This document shows, in pieces, positions 37,385-46,397 of a stretch of 64,000 bases of DNA. The notes below the pieces were generated by a model, which worked only from the letters and a program-made list of their open reading frames with translations, was not told the origin of the DNA and made no database searches. Where the stretch lies: contig CBEUCH010000008.1 in the NCBI GenBank assembly GCA_965541585.1, forward strand, positions 1 through 64,000, read 5' to 3'. The position numbers were made by a program, and so were the translations under genes. Numbering within the stretch: position 1 is the first letter of the stretch; each line of letters begins with the position of its first letter. The stretch is from an uncultured bacterium. Lineage in GTDB: Bacteria; Zixibacteria; MSB-5A5; UBA10806.

Positions 37385-39429
37385 CAGCTGATTCCTCACG
37401 TTCCGCCGACGCGGTTTTTCTCGGCATCTGCTCCCTGGCAACCCAGACCGTATTTATAAGATTTATATTATCATCGCAGATAGGCGGTGAATTGTATGCT
37501 GCCATCGCCATCGGCTGCTGGATCGGATGGGTAGGCTTCGGCTCTCTTATCGGGCACAGAATAACTCAGCGTAGAAGGCGGCAGATCTGGCTTATATCGT
37601 CACTTGTGAAAATGCCTCTGGCTTTTTTGATATTTCTCTATCCCGGCTTCTTTACGGGCGTCCTGGATCCCCTTAGATTTCTGCCACTTGCCATATTCGG
37701 GATGGCGCCGACAGGGATCCTATACGGATTTCTATTTCCGCTCCTGATAGGACCTGAAACCAAAGCATCCCATATCTACAGAAACGAGGCCATAGGAAGC
37801 CTGATCGGCGGTCTGGCAGCGTCGCTGTGGGTCGTCTCCGGATCGGGTGATTTTGGATTTCTGCTTATAATATCCATGCTTGAATTATCGAGATTTCTAT
37901 CTCGCAAGAGGACTCTGCCGATTCTCGGAATTGCCGGGGTCGTTCTCGCGGTTACTCTTAACCCCTATCTTGACCGTGCCGCTTTGAAGATCAGGTGGCC
38001 CGGATTCAATGCTGTCGACGTTGCACATGGCCTCTCGGGAAGGTGGTCGCTTCTGGCCAGGGGCGACCAGATAGTCATTATACACAACGGCCAGCAGATC
38101 GGCGTCATTCCCGATAGAGCGTCGACTGAAGAGGCCCTGCTGTGGCCATTCTTATTCTATCCCGATGCGGATAATATCTTGCTGATCGGATATGAAGGTA
38201 TCCGGATTGACGAGTATCTGCCGGCCGGAGTGAAGCCTCTGATGTTGTATAGTGATAGAGCATATACGAGATTGGATGTACCGGATACGTCGCCATACGA
38301 AATAGGTGATCCACTATCATTAGCGACACAGAGTAGATTTGATATCGTATCGGTTTTGCTTCACGGAGCCGGTAATCTCTATGATTACCGGATGGAGACA
38401 GACCTCTTTTTTGAGCGCTGCGCCGGCTTCCTGAATGACGACGGCATACTTTATGTCAGCGCCATCTCCGATGAGAATTATCTGGCGCCCGCCCTGGCAG
38501 ATTATCTGTCTTCCCTCAAGAACACCCTGAGCGTTTATTTCGATTCGATTGTGGCCATCCCGGGAGCGAGGGTTGGCTTTGTTTGCTTCCAAGATGATGG
38601 CAGGCGGGCAGAGCCAGATGATCTATTTACAGGATTTCAGCAGGTTAACATTGAATCGCCATATTTCAATTTGCCTTTGATTATCAACAGGTTGGCGGAG
38701 TTTCGCATATCGAATCTGGAGAATTCGCTGGACGAGACCGCACATCCCAATGGCGTGCTGAAACCGATGTCTGTTCTTCGCTATCTGGGCTGGCAGGGGT
38801 CTGTATTCGGGGCGGCCGGATCGGTATTCGATATTTACGCGCCTCCGTATATCTTCATTGTGTTCGTATTGTTGCTTATCGTTCCCCTGTTGCTGGCGGC
38901 ACTAAGGAAGCTTCGATTTTCACCGATTTTTGGTACTATGGGCCTGGGTTTTATCGGCATGTCTTTTGAGATCGGGATCATCTATCTTTTTCAGACTTTG
39001 TTTGGGTCTCTCCATCTTCATTTAGGCATGATTCTGGCGATCTTCATGGCCGGTTTGGCTCTGGGAGCGACATATTCGCAACGGTTGAAGCCGATGATTA
39101 TAATGGCGCCGATCCTGCTGGCCGCCATCGCGGTCCCCTTCGGCTATGCTATAGTCAGGTTAGATTTTGGCTTGATATTTGCGTATATTCTATTTTATAT
39201 GACATCGTTAGCGGCCGGGTTTTCAACCGGAGGAGGCTTTGCGTTTTTTGTCGACCGCTCGGGAGGCGCCCCCAGGATCGGGGCAACTCTTTATGGGGCG
39301 GATCTTTACGGCGCTCTCATGGCAGCCGTCTGCGTGCCCGGCATTCTGATGTCTCTGGGGACGATATTTCTGATGGTTGCCCTGGTAGCCGTAAGCTTAG
39401 CGGTTCTGGCAACTTTGATCTTTGAATAG
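37381..39429 (+). CDS. Spermidine-synthase-like domain protein flanked by membrane domains
   Basis: TM block, central ILLIG...FD.V.V...FF...L..DG methyltransferase-like domain, C-terminal TM block ending LYGADL.GA. Confidence 0.7.
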   Translation: MTADSSRSADAVFLGICSLATQTVFIRFILSSQIGGELYAAIAIGCWIGWVGFGSLIGHRITQRRRRQIWLISSLVKMPLAFLIFLYPGFFTGVLDPLRFLPLAIFGMAPTGILYGFLFPLLIGPETKASHIYRNEAIGSLIGGLAASLWVVSGSGDFGFLLIISMLELSRFLSRKRTLPILGIAGVVLAVTLNPYLDRAALKIRWPGFNAVDVAHGLSGRWSLLARGDQIVIIHNGQQIGVIPDRASTEEALLWPFLFYPDADNILLIGYEGIRIDEYLPAGVKPLMLYSDRAYTRLDVPDTSPYEIGDPLSLATQSRFDIVSVLLHGAGNLYDYRMETDLFFERCAGFLNDDGILYVSAISDENYLAPALADYLSSLKNTLSVYFDSIVAIPGARVGFVCFQDDGRRAEPDDLFTGFQQVNIESPYFNLPLIINRLAEFRISNLENSLDETAHPNGVLKPMSVLRYLGWQGSVFGAAGSVFDIYAPPYIFIVFVLLLIVPLLLAALRKLRFSPIFGTMGLGFIGMSFEIGIIYLFQTLFGSLHLHLGMILAIFMAGLALGATYSQRLKPMIIMAPILLAAIAVPFGYAIVRLDFGLIFAYILFYMTSLAAGFSTGGGFAFFVDRSGGAPRIGATLYGADLYGALMAAVCVPGILMSLGTIFLMVALVAVSLAVLATLIFE

Positions 39430-39508
39430 AGTAAAAAAGGGAAACAGAAGGGACTTCGAGATTGTTCTTTTTTTTGAATAGAAATTTTAATTAGATATCG
39501 GAGGAAGC

Positions 39509-41179
39509 ATGAAAAGCAAATTCAAGATCGGGATGACAACGGTGGTGCTGATCAGTCTCATAGCGTTCTTTACTATATCGTTCGCCCAGAGCTCGGGGGA
39601 TTCCATATACTCGCTGGTCAAGCTCTCGTCGGATATCGCATTCAAAGTAAACGCCCGTTACGTGGACAAGCTCGATATAAAGGATCTGATTTTCTCCGGC
39701 ATTCGGGGAATGATCGACCGACTGGATCCGTTTTCCGAATTCCTGGAGAAGAAAGATCTCGATCATCTGATGGAGCAAACCTCGGGTAAATATTCCGGCC
39801 TCGGGATGACCATATTTCTCAAAGACAGTTGGGTAACCGTGGTGTCGCCCATGGAGGGGACTCCGGCCTACAGGATGGGTCTGCGGGCAGGAGACCGGAT
39901 CGTTAAGATCGACGGCGGGAGCACCAGAGGGATGTCGACACGTGAGGCATCCAACCTGATGCGGGGCGAAGCCGGCACGGAAGTTACCCTTACTATAGAG
40001 CGAGAAGGTGTCGACGAATCGCTCGAATATACGATAGAGAGAGCGGTTATCACCATCAAAATGGTGCCATTCGCCGGGATTGTTGAGGAGGGCCATAAAA
40101 AGATAGGTTATATCCGCCTGGCCAGGTTCGGAGAGGAAGCCGATGACGAGCTGAAGGCCGCCATAGCAGAGGTTACGCAAGAGGATATAGACGGTTTGAT
40201 TTTTGATCTCCGATCCAACGGCGGCGGTCTTCTGAACCAGGCGGTAAAGATCTCGAATCATTTCCTGCCCAAGGGTTCCGAGGTTGTTTATACGAAGGGG
40301 AGAGACAAGAATCAGAATCGGACTCATTTTGCAAGCAATAATCCGGATGTCCCTGATATTCCGGTCGTGGTACTGGTCAACGAGATGTCGGCCTCGGCAT
40401 CGGAAATCGTGGCTGGCGCGCTTCAGGATTCGGATCGCGGCGTTATAGTGGGAAATACCACGTTCGGCAAAGGGCTCGTGCAACAGATCTATCAATTATC
40501 CGAGGGAACAGCCCTGAAGCTTACTACCGCAAAATGGTATGTGCCATCGGGCAGATGCATACAGAAAGACTCTCGATCCACCCGTCACCCGGAGGAGCTG
40601 GCTGAGGCCGACTCTGCGGAAGTGGATTCAAGCATGATTGAGATCTTTTACACCAAGGGCGGTAGAGTTGTCTATGGCGGCGGGGGTATCAATCCGGATA
40701 TAGTTGTGGAACGGGAAAAGCTCTCGCCGATGGCGATAAATCTCGATAGACTTTCAATGTTCTTTGATTTTTCCATTATTTATACCACCGAACATCCCGA
40801 TTTACCGGAGGATTTCCGTGTCACGGATGAGATTCTTGAGGAATTCAGAGAATTCATGGAAGAAAAGGAATTTACGTTCAAAAGCCCTCTTGAAAAGACC
40901 CTTGATGACCTTGAGAAAATAGTCGATGAAACAGAGAAAACCGAACAGTTTTCAGCAGAACTTGCACGAATACATGAATTGATCGAGGCCGACAAAGAAC
41001 AAGAGTTTTTCAGAAATATCGATTACATTAAGCGTGGGATCAAGCGCGATATGCTGACCAGGCTTTATGGCGAATCTGCTGTCTACGAACAGATAGTCCT
41101 CGAAACCGATCCTTACGTTTTGCGGGCGGTGGAGATTGTCACATCGCCCAGCGAATATGCCGGGATTCTCTCGGAATAA
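39509..41179 (+). CDS. ctpA: C-terminal processing protease (S41 family)
   Basis: LDPFS, PDZ GLGM, DLRSNGGGLL, SASASEIVAGALQD, TFGKGLVQ. Confidence 0.95.
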   Translation: MKSKFKIGMTTVVLISLIAFFTISFAQSSGDSIYSLVKLSSDIAFKVNARYVDKLDIKDLIFSGIRGMIDRLDPFSEFLEKKDLDHLMEQTSGKYSGLGMTIFLKDSWVTVVSPMEGTPAYRMGLRAGDRIVKIDGGSTRGMSTREASNLMRGEAGTEVTLTIEREGVDESLEYTIERAVITIKMVPFAGIVEEGHKKIGYIRLARFGEEADDELKAAIAEVTQEDIDGLIFDLRSNGGGLLNQAVKISNHFLPKGSEVVYTKGRDKNQNRTHFASNNPDVPDIPVVVLVNEMSASASEIVAGALQDSDRGVIVGNTTFGKGLVQQIYQLSEGTALKLTTAKWYVPSGRCIQKDSRSTRHPEELAEADSAEVDSSMIEIFYTKGGRVVYGGGGINPDIVVEREKLSPMAINLDRLSMFFDFSIIYTTEHPDLPEDFRVTDEILEEFREFMEEKEFTFKSPLEKTLDDLEKIVDETEKTEQFSAELARIHELIEADKEQEFFRNIDYIKRGIKRDMLTRLYGESAVYEQIVLETDPYVLRAVEIVTSPSEYAGILSE

Positions 41180-41203
41180 AAACGGCGCCTTTTGAAGAAA
41201 ACC

Positions 41204-41231
41204 TGGCCGATCCATTTCGGGTCGGCCTTCT
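41204..41231 (+). terminator. Terminator-like hairpin
   Basis: GGCCGATCC-ATTTC-GGGTCGGCC followed by TTCT after ctpA. Confidence 0.5.
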
Positions 41232-41397
41232 CAAGATCCTTTTTCATGGCGCTTCCGGAATCGAAATATAACTCCCGGAGAGCCTGCATTGCAGTGATCT
41301 CAGATGATAGCCAAGATGGTTTCCCCAAGCGACATTTTAACCTCTTAATCAGGATACGGTTGCAGAAGCGCCCTGGTGAAATAGGCAAAAAAACTGC

Positions 41398-41426
41398 TTG
41401 ACAAAAGATGAAAGCAAAAATAGAAT
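41398..41426 (+). promoter_or_regulatory. sigma70 promoter upstream of moeA
   Basis: TTGACA-N17-TAGAAT. Confidence 0.75.
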
Positions 41427-41594
41427 TTCGGCGATTTTGCTCTGGAGGGGAAGCCGGAATGATTCTGGCTCAAGTATTCATGTCCTCCACTCTGTAGTAT
41501 TTGTTTAAAGGCTTTAGAAAGTTTTAGCCGGCGGATCGTCAAATTCGAGTTCTGCCGGAAGAACGGTAATCCTTCAAAGGGAGGGGAAGGCGTT

Positions 41595-42821
41595 ATGATA
41601 ACCGTCGAAAAAGCCCTGCAAATTGTACTTGATCATGCCAGTATTCTGGAGCCGGCAAATGTACCCATTCTCCAGGCGATTGGCATGGTACTGGCCGAAG
41701 ATATCGTTTCCTCGGAAGACATTCCTCCCCATGATATGACTACCATCGAGGGATTTGCTCTCAGGAGCGCCAGCATCGCCAACAGCGATCGATCCAAACC
41801 TACCACCCTTATCCTGGACGGCGAGGTGAAAGCAGGTGATCGCTGGGATAATGTCATTCAATCAGGCCATGCCTTGAAGGTGGCAGCCGGGGCGCCGCTC
41901 CCCGAAGGAGCCGATTCGGTTATCTCGTCGGATCATGCTGTGAGGGAAAGCGCCAAGAAAGTGATGATTTACAAATCTCAAAGGCCGGGTGAGCATATTC
42001 TAATCAGGGGCATGGATGTCGAGGCCGGCTCGACCGTGCTTCCCCAGGGAAAGGTTCTAAGCGCCCCGGATATAGGCGTCCTGGGAGCGATCGGCAGGAG
42101 CGAAGTTCTTTGTTATCGCAAGCCCCGAGTATCTTTCTTTGCATCGGGGAATGACCTCATTCCGCCGGACGGCCCTCCACAGTCAGGAAAACTGAGAGCA
42201 GGCAATACCTTTACCGTGCAAATTCGACTCTCCGAATACGGTGCAGAACCGATAAATCTCGGGATATTCAAGGTCAATCCGGATGAGGTAGAAGGCAGAG
42301 TAAATAGGGCGATGGAGAGCGATATGCTGATCGCCACCGCAGGCCCATCATTCTCAGATTTCGATACCATGAAAGCGATTCTCCAGAAAATCGGGATGGA
42401 TCTGAAATTCTGGAGGGTAGCTATCAGGCCAGGTAAACCCCTGATCTTCGGTACTTATAATGGCGTGCCGATATTTGGCTTATCAAGTAATATCCTTTCT
42501 TCAATGGTCGTACTGGAGCAGTTTGTCAGGCCTGCCATAATGAAGATGCAGGGCAGGAGAGAACTTCGCAGGACAGAGGTGGTGGCGCGTCTGGAAAAGG
42601 ATCTAAACGGCGGTGGCGGGATTACGCATTTCGTTCGGGCCGAAGTTCGTGTTACCGATGATGGTTTCATGGCCATCCCCGCTGGATCTCGTAACTCACC
42701 ATCGATTAGAGCGTTCTCCACTGCAAATGGGTTTATTGTGATGCCGCCGGAGGTGGAGCATATCTGCGCCGGAGAGATGGTAAAGGTTCAGATAATATCA
42801 GATCCGTCGAATTTGAATTAA
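41595..42821 (+). CDS. moeA: MoeA/gephyrin-family protein (degenerate motifs)
   Basis: G.VLAEDI, GAPLPEGADSV, G.DV..G, F.RVAIRPGKP, ANG; several canonical motifs altered. Confidence 0.85.
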   Translation: MITVEKALQIVLDHASILEPANVPILQAIGMVLAEDIVSSEDIPPHDMTTIEGFALRSASIANSDRSKPTTLILDGEVKAGDRWDNVIQSGHALKVAAGAPLPEGADSVISSDHAVRESAKKVMIYKSQRPGEHILIRGMDVEAGSTVLPQGKVLSAPDIGVLGAIGRSEVLCYRKPRVSFFASGNDLIPPDGPPQSGKLRAGNTFTVQIRLSEYGAEPINLGIFKVNPDEVEGRVNRAMESDMLIATAGPSFSDFDTMKAILQKIGMDLKFWRVAIRPGKPLIFGTYNGVPIFGLSSNILSSMVVLEQFVRPAIMKMQGRRELRRTEVVARLEKDLNGGGGITHFVRAEVRVTDDGFMAIPAGSRNSPSIRAFSTANGFIVMPPEVEHICAGEMVKVQIISDPSNLN

Positions 42822-42926
42822 GATAGTTAAGTGGGCCGGGCTTCTTCTCGTTCGGCCGTGCGCCCCGTTGAGAACCCCACCTGTATTTTAGGTTCGAGTT
42901 GTTTTCTTAATATGCCAGGACTAAAT

Positions 42927-43388
42927 TCAGGCCAACTCCGGCTGGGCCTTAGTGCGGAATTTCCTTTTGTAAAACAATAGAATATGCAGCCCCAGAAGCA
43001 GCATACCGATATCCTCGATTATGCGCAACACGAGATTGGATTTGACTGCAGTGGATGTAGAAAAACAGCCGCAGGCCACGTTTATGCCCCTGAAAGCCGT
43101 TATCGCCAGCACGATGATAAAGAATACAAGCAGGATATTTATCAGGAGGCTTGAGCTTCTTACACGGTATCCTGCTATCAACAATAACCCCGCCAACAGC
43201 TCCATCCAGGGAAAAACCAGGGCCAATAAGTTGATCAGGTCCGGAGGAGTGAGACGGTAATGATGAATCACCTGGGCGAACGCCAGGGGGTGTATAATCT
43301 TGTCGATGCTGGCAAATATAAACAGGCCCCCGAGTATTATCCGTGAAATAAGTAAAATCGAGTGTTTATGCAAGAACTGACTAATCAT
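42927..43388 (-). CDS. DoxX/MauE-family membrane protein
   Basis: RIILG.LFI.ASIDKI..P..F, PW.EL..G, RGINVACGCF. Confidence 0.88.
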   Translation of the reverse strand: MISQFLHKHSILLISRIILGGLFIFASIDKIIHPLAFAQVIHHYRLTPPDLINLLALVFPWMELLAGLLLIAGYRVRSSSLLINILLVFFIIVLAITAFRGINVACGCFSTSTAVKSNLVLRIIEDIGMLLLGLHILLFYKRKFRTKAQPELA

Positions 43389-43914
43389 TATCTGATTCCG
43401 AATCCTCCACAGGCAGACCGGCCTCGATCCATTTGGTCCAGCCGCCGAAAAATATATATGATTTCTCATAGCCCTGGTATTTCAGATCGCGGGCCAGGAA
43501 GAGTGAGAGTTCGCAATCTATCCCCCCGCAATAAGCGATGATTTCCTGGTCGGAATTCAGTAGCGGTTTTACATCCTCCCAATAATCCTCCCACCAATCG
43601 AAGGGCAGGCTGATGGCTCCTTTTATATGCCCTTCTTCGTATTCGAAAGGATCCCGGGCATCCAGAAATAAAGCCTCGCCTCCGAGATAGAGATTATAAG
43701 CATCCTCCAGAGAAATCAATGAGTCGCCTTTTTCATAGGACGGTGGAATATCGGGTTCGACGCGCTCGCGGTTATCCGGCCATGGAGTATCCAGAGGCAA
43801 CCCACCCAGGGCAGTCAAATTTCGTATACCATTTACCGCCAGCCCGAGGGCGGTGGCGATGACAGCGATCAAGATCGCATCTCTTAAAATCCTCACGGGC
43901 TTAAAATATGGCAT
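43381..43914 (-). CDS. Membrane-anchored rhodanese-like protein
   Basis: FLDAR...EY..GHI.GA; YCGG..C..S; GGW..W...GLP. Confidence 0.9.
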   Translation of the reverse strand: MPYFKPVRILRDAILIAVIATALGLAVNGIRNLTALGGLPLDTPWPDNRERVEPDIPPSYEKGDSLISLEDAYNLYLGGEALFLDARDPFEYEEGHIKGAISLPFDWWEDYWEDVKPLLNSDQEIIAYCGGIDCELSLFLARDLKYQGYEKSYIFFGGWTKWIEAGLPVEDSESDND

Positions 43915-44016
43915 GTTTTTATTTTGTCAAGGACAACAGCTATGCCCATATGACGTAAAGAGTTTCGAAAATCAATGTTGACAATTACGTTTACTTTTGT
44001 AAATTCTATCGGTAGA

Positions 44017-44529
44017 ATGGCCATGATCTACAAACAGGTCCTGATCTTAAATCAGAATTTCGAGCCGCTTTCCGTATGCACGGTCAAGCGAGCTGTAATA
44101 ATGATGTATCTCGGTAAAGCGCTGATGGTGGAAACCCTGGATGGATATATTCTAAGGTCTGAAAGATCAGAGTTATCTGTGCCATCGGTCATCAGACTGG
44201 GTTACTACGTAAAGGTTCCCATCAAGAGGATTATGCTAACCCGTAAGAATATAATAAAGCGGGATGGGGGCCGCTGCCAGTATTGCGGCGGGAAAAAGGG
44301 GCAGATGACGGTTGATCATGTGGTTCCCAAAATATTCGGAGGCGAAGATACCTGGGAGAACCTGGTCTGTGCCTGCCATGAATGCAATAACAAAAAGGGG
44401 CATCACTACCCCGACCAGGCGGGTTTGAGGCTTGTCAGGAAACCCCGCAGGCCTAACCATATCACGTTTATCCGGCAGTTTGTCGGTGTTTCCGATAACC
44501 GCTGGCGGCAATATCTCTTCATGGATTAA
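44017..44529 (+). CDS. HNH endonuclease
   Basis: VLILNQNFEPL, RDG..CQYCG, TVDHVVP..GG..TWENLV.AC..CN.KK. Confidence 0.93.
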   Translation: MAMIYKQVLILNQNFEPLSVCTVKRAVIMMYLGKALMVETLDGYILRSERSELSVPSVIRLGYYVKVPIKRIMLTRKNIIKRDGGRCQYCGGKKGQMTVDHVVPKIFGGEDTWENLVCACHECNNKKGHHYPDQAGLRLVRKPRRPNHITFIRQFVGVSDNRWRQYLFMD

Positions 44530-44659
44530 CGATCGAGAGAGGGCAACCCCGCGTCGGTTTACGGTTTTGCGACCGAACGCGGGCAGGACAGGATTATAAA
44601 TCATATCATAGTATTCGCGACCGGATTACTGATTAAACCTGAATAGAACGAGGGAATTT

Positions 44660-45646
44660 TTGGACAACAAGCGGATCATACTCTCCGGCGTTCAGCCGAC
44701 AGGAAAGCTACATCTGGGCAACTATGAAGGTGCCTTGAGGAATTGGGTAACCCTGCAGGACGATTACAAGATGTACCTCTGCGTGGTGGACTGGCATTCG
44801 CTTACATCGGATTTTAACGACACGGCCGGACTTCAGGATCGAATCCTCGAAACCACCATAGATTTTCTGGCCGCCGGCCTGGATCCGGAGAAGTGCTCTA
44901 TATTCGTACAATCCGATGTTAAAGAGCACGCAGAGCTGCATCTGCTTTTTTCGATGTTGATACCGATATCGTGGCTGGAGAGGGTGCCATCGTATAAAGA
45001 GAAATCTGAATCACTGGGATTGGATACCTACGGTTTTCTTGGCTATCCATTGCTGCAGGCCGCCGATATCCTTCTATATAAGGCCCATGCCGTTCCGGTC
45101 GGCAAAGACCAATTGCCGCATATCGAGCTGACAAGAGAGATAGCTCGGCGATTCAACAACCTTTACGGAAATGTCTTTCCGGAGCCGGAATCTCTCCTTT
45201 CAGAGTTTCCGGCTATTCCCGGCACAGACGGGCGCAAGATGAGCAAGTCCTACGATAATGACATCAAGCTTGCCGATTCCCCCGAGGAGACTGCCGCCAG
45301 GATAAAAAAGATGATCACCGATCCCAAAAAGATATACAAAGGCGATCCGGGGCGACCTGACATATGCCCGGTATTTGCTCTTCACAAGGTTTACACCGGC
45401 GATACTAAAGATATCTATGAAGGATGCATTTCGGGGTCTCTTGGCTGTGCGGATGACAAAAAGGGGATTGCGGAGAATATCAATAATGTCCTGACACCGC
45501 TGCGGGCGAAGAGAAAAGAGCTTGAAAAAGATATAGGATATGGCATAGAAACACTTAAAAGGGGCGCCCGGGAGGCCGGCGAGTGTGCCCGGGCGACGAT
45601 GGATGATGTCAGAAAAGCCATGAATCTGACGAGGGAAAATGCCTGA
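44660..45646 (+). CDS. trpS: Tryptophan--tRNA ligase
   Basis: SGVQPTG.LHLGNY, YPLLQAADIL, VPVGKDQ, KMSKS. Confidence 0.97.
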   Translation: MDNKRIILSGVQPTGKLHLGNYEGALRNWVTLQDDYKMYLCVVDWHSLTSDFNDTAGLQDRILETTIDFLAAGLDPEKCSIFVQSDVKEHAELHLLFSMLIPISWLERVPSYKEKSESLGLDTYGFLGYPLLQAADILLYKAHAVPVGKDQLPHIELTREIARRFNNLYGNVFPEPESLLSEFPAIPGTDGRKMSKSYDNDIKLADSPEETAARIKKMITDPKKIYKGDPGRPDICPVFALHKVYTGDTKDIYEGCISGSLGCADDKKGIAENINNVLTPLRAKRKELEKDIGYGIETLKRGAREAGECARATMDDVRKAMNLTRENA

Positions 45647-46397
45647 TACAAATGTCGACAGAGCCGCCGAACTTGTATTCGAGCTGGGGAGCTTCGGCGG
45701 CCCGCTGGATCTGCTTTTATACCTGATCAAAAAGGATGAAGTGGATATATATGATATTCCGATTGCTGAAATCACGAGACAATACCTGGCGTATCTCGAG
45801 GCCTGCCGCGAGTTGAACCTCGAAATCGCCGGCGAATTCTTGTACATGGCGGCAGCCCTCATAAGAATCAAGGCTCAGATGTTGCTGCCCAGACCGGAAG
45901 AGGATGAGCAGTGGGAAGATCCCAGAACCGAGCTTATCAAAGCACTGCAAGAATATAAGAATCTCAAGAACGTCTCCTCCGCGCTTGAAGAGATGGCGGT
46001 TGGTCAGCAGAAAAGATACCCCAGAAGAGACTATACGCTTTACGATATCCCTCCCCCCGAAGCGGAGCTGGTAAAGGTGGATCTGATGACGCTGATGATC
46101 GCCTTCGGCGATCTCATAAGCAAAGTCGAGACTGAATCATCCTACGAGTTGGAACCACTTGAGATTACGGTCGAGGAGCGAAGAGATCGAATATTATTGC
46201 TCCTCGAGCAGACGGATTCGATGGAATTCGGCCAACTCTTTGAGGATGATCCCAGAAAGATCGTAATGGTGGTAACATTCATCGCTATTCTGGAGTTAGT
46301 TAAATCAGGGGTTCTGAGGGTCGAGCAGGCCGAACGGTTCTCGACTATAAGAGTGTATAAATGCTCACCCCTACCCGTCAATGTAACGGAGAGCTGA
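45639..46397 (+). CDS. scpA: Segregation/condensation protein A
   Basis: F.GPLDLLLYLI, DIPI..IT.QY, A.EFL.MAA.L..IK, TF.AILEL.K. Confidence 0.95.
   Translation: MPDTNVDRAAELVFELGSFGGPLDLLLYLIKKDEVDIYDIPIAEITRQYLAYLEACRELNLEIAGEFLYMAAALIRIKAQMLLPRPEEDEQWEDPRTELIKALQEYKNLKNVSSALEEMAVGQQKRYPRRDYTLYDIPPPEAELVKVDLMTLMIAFGDLISKVETESSYELEPLEITVEERRDRILLLLEQTDSMEFGQLFEDDPRKIVMVVTFIAILELVKSGVLRVEQAERFSTIRVYKCSPLPVNVTES

Noticed and set aside
39491..40495. 334-aa minus-strand ORF and other long antisense ORFs (e.g. 60683-61429, 54527-55228)
   Set aside because: Shadow ORFs of well-supported genes (ctpA, rel, msbA) with no motifs of their own.
44548..44583. Hairpin before trpS considered as a T-box leader
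   Set aside because: The gap is only ~130 nt and no T-box consensus is visible; probably a simple stem-loop.
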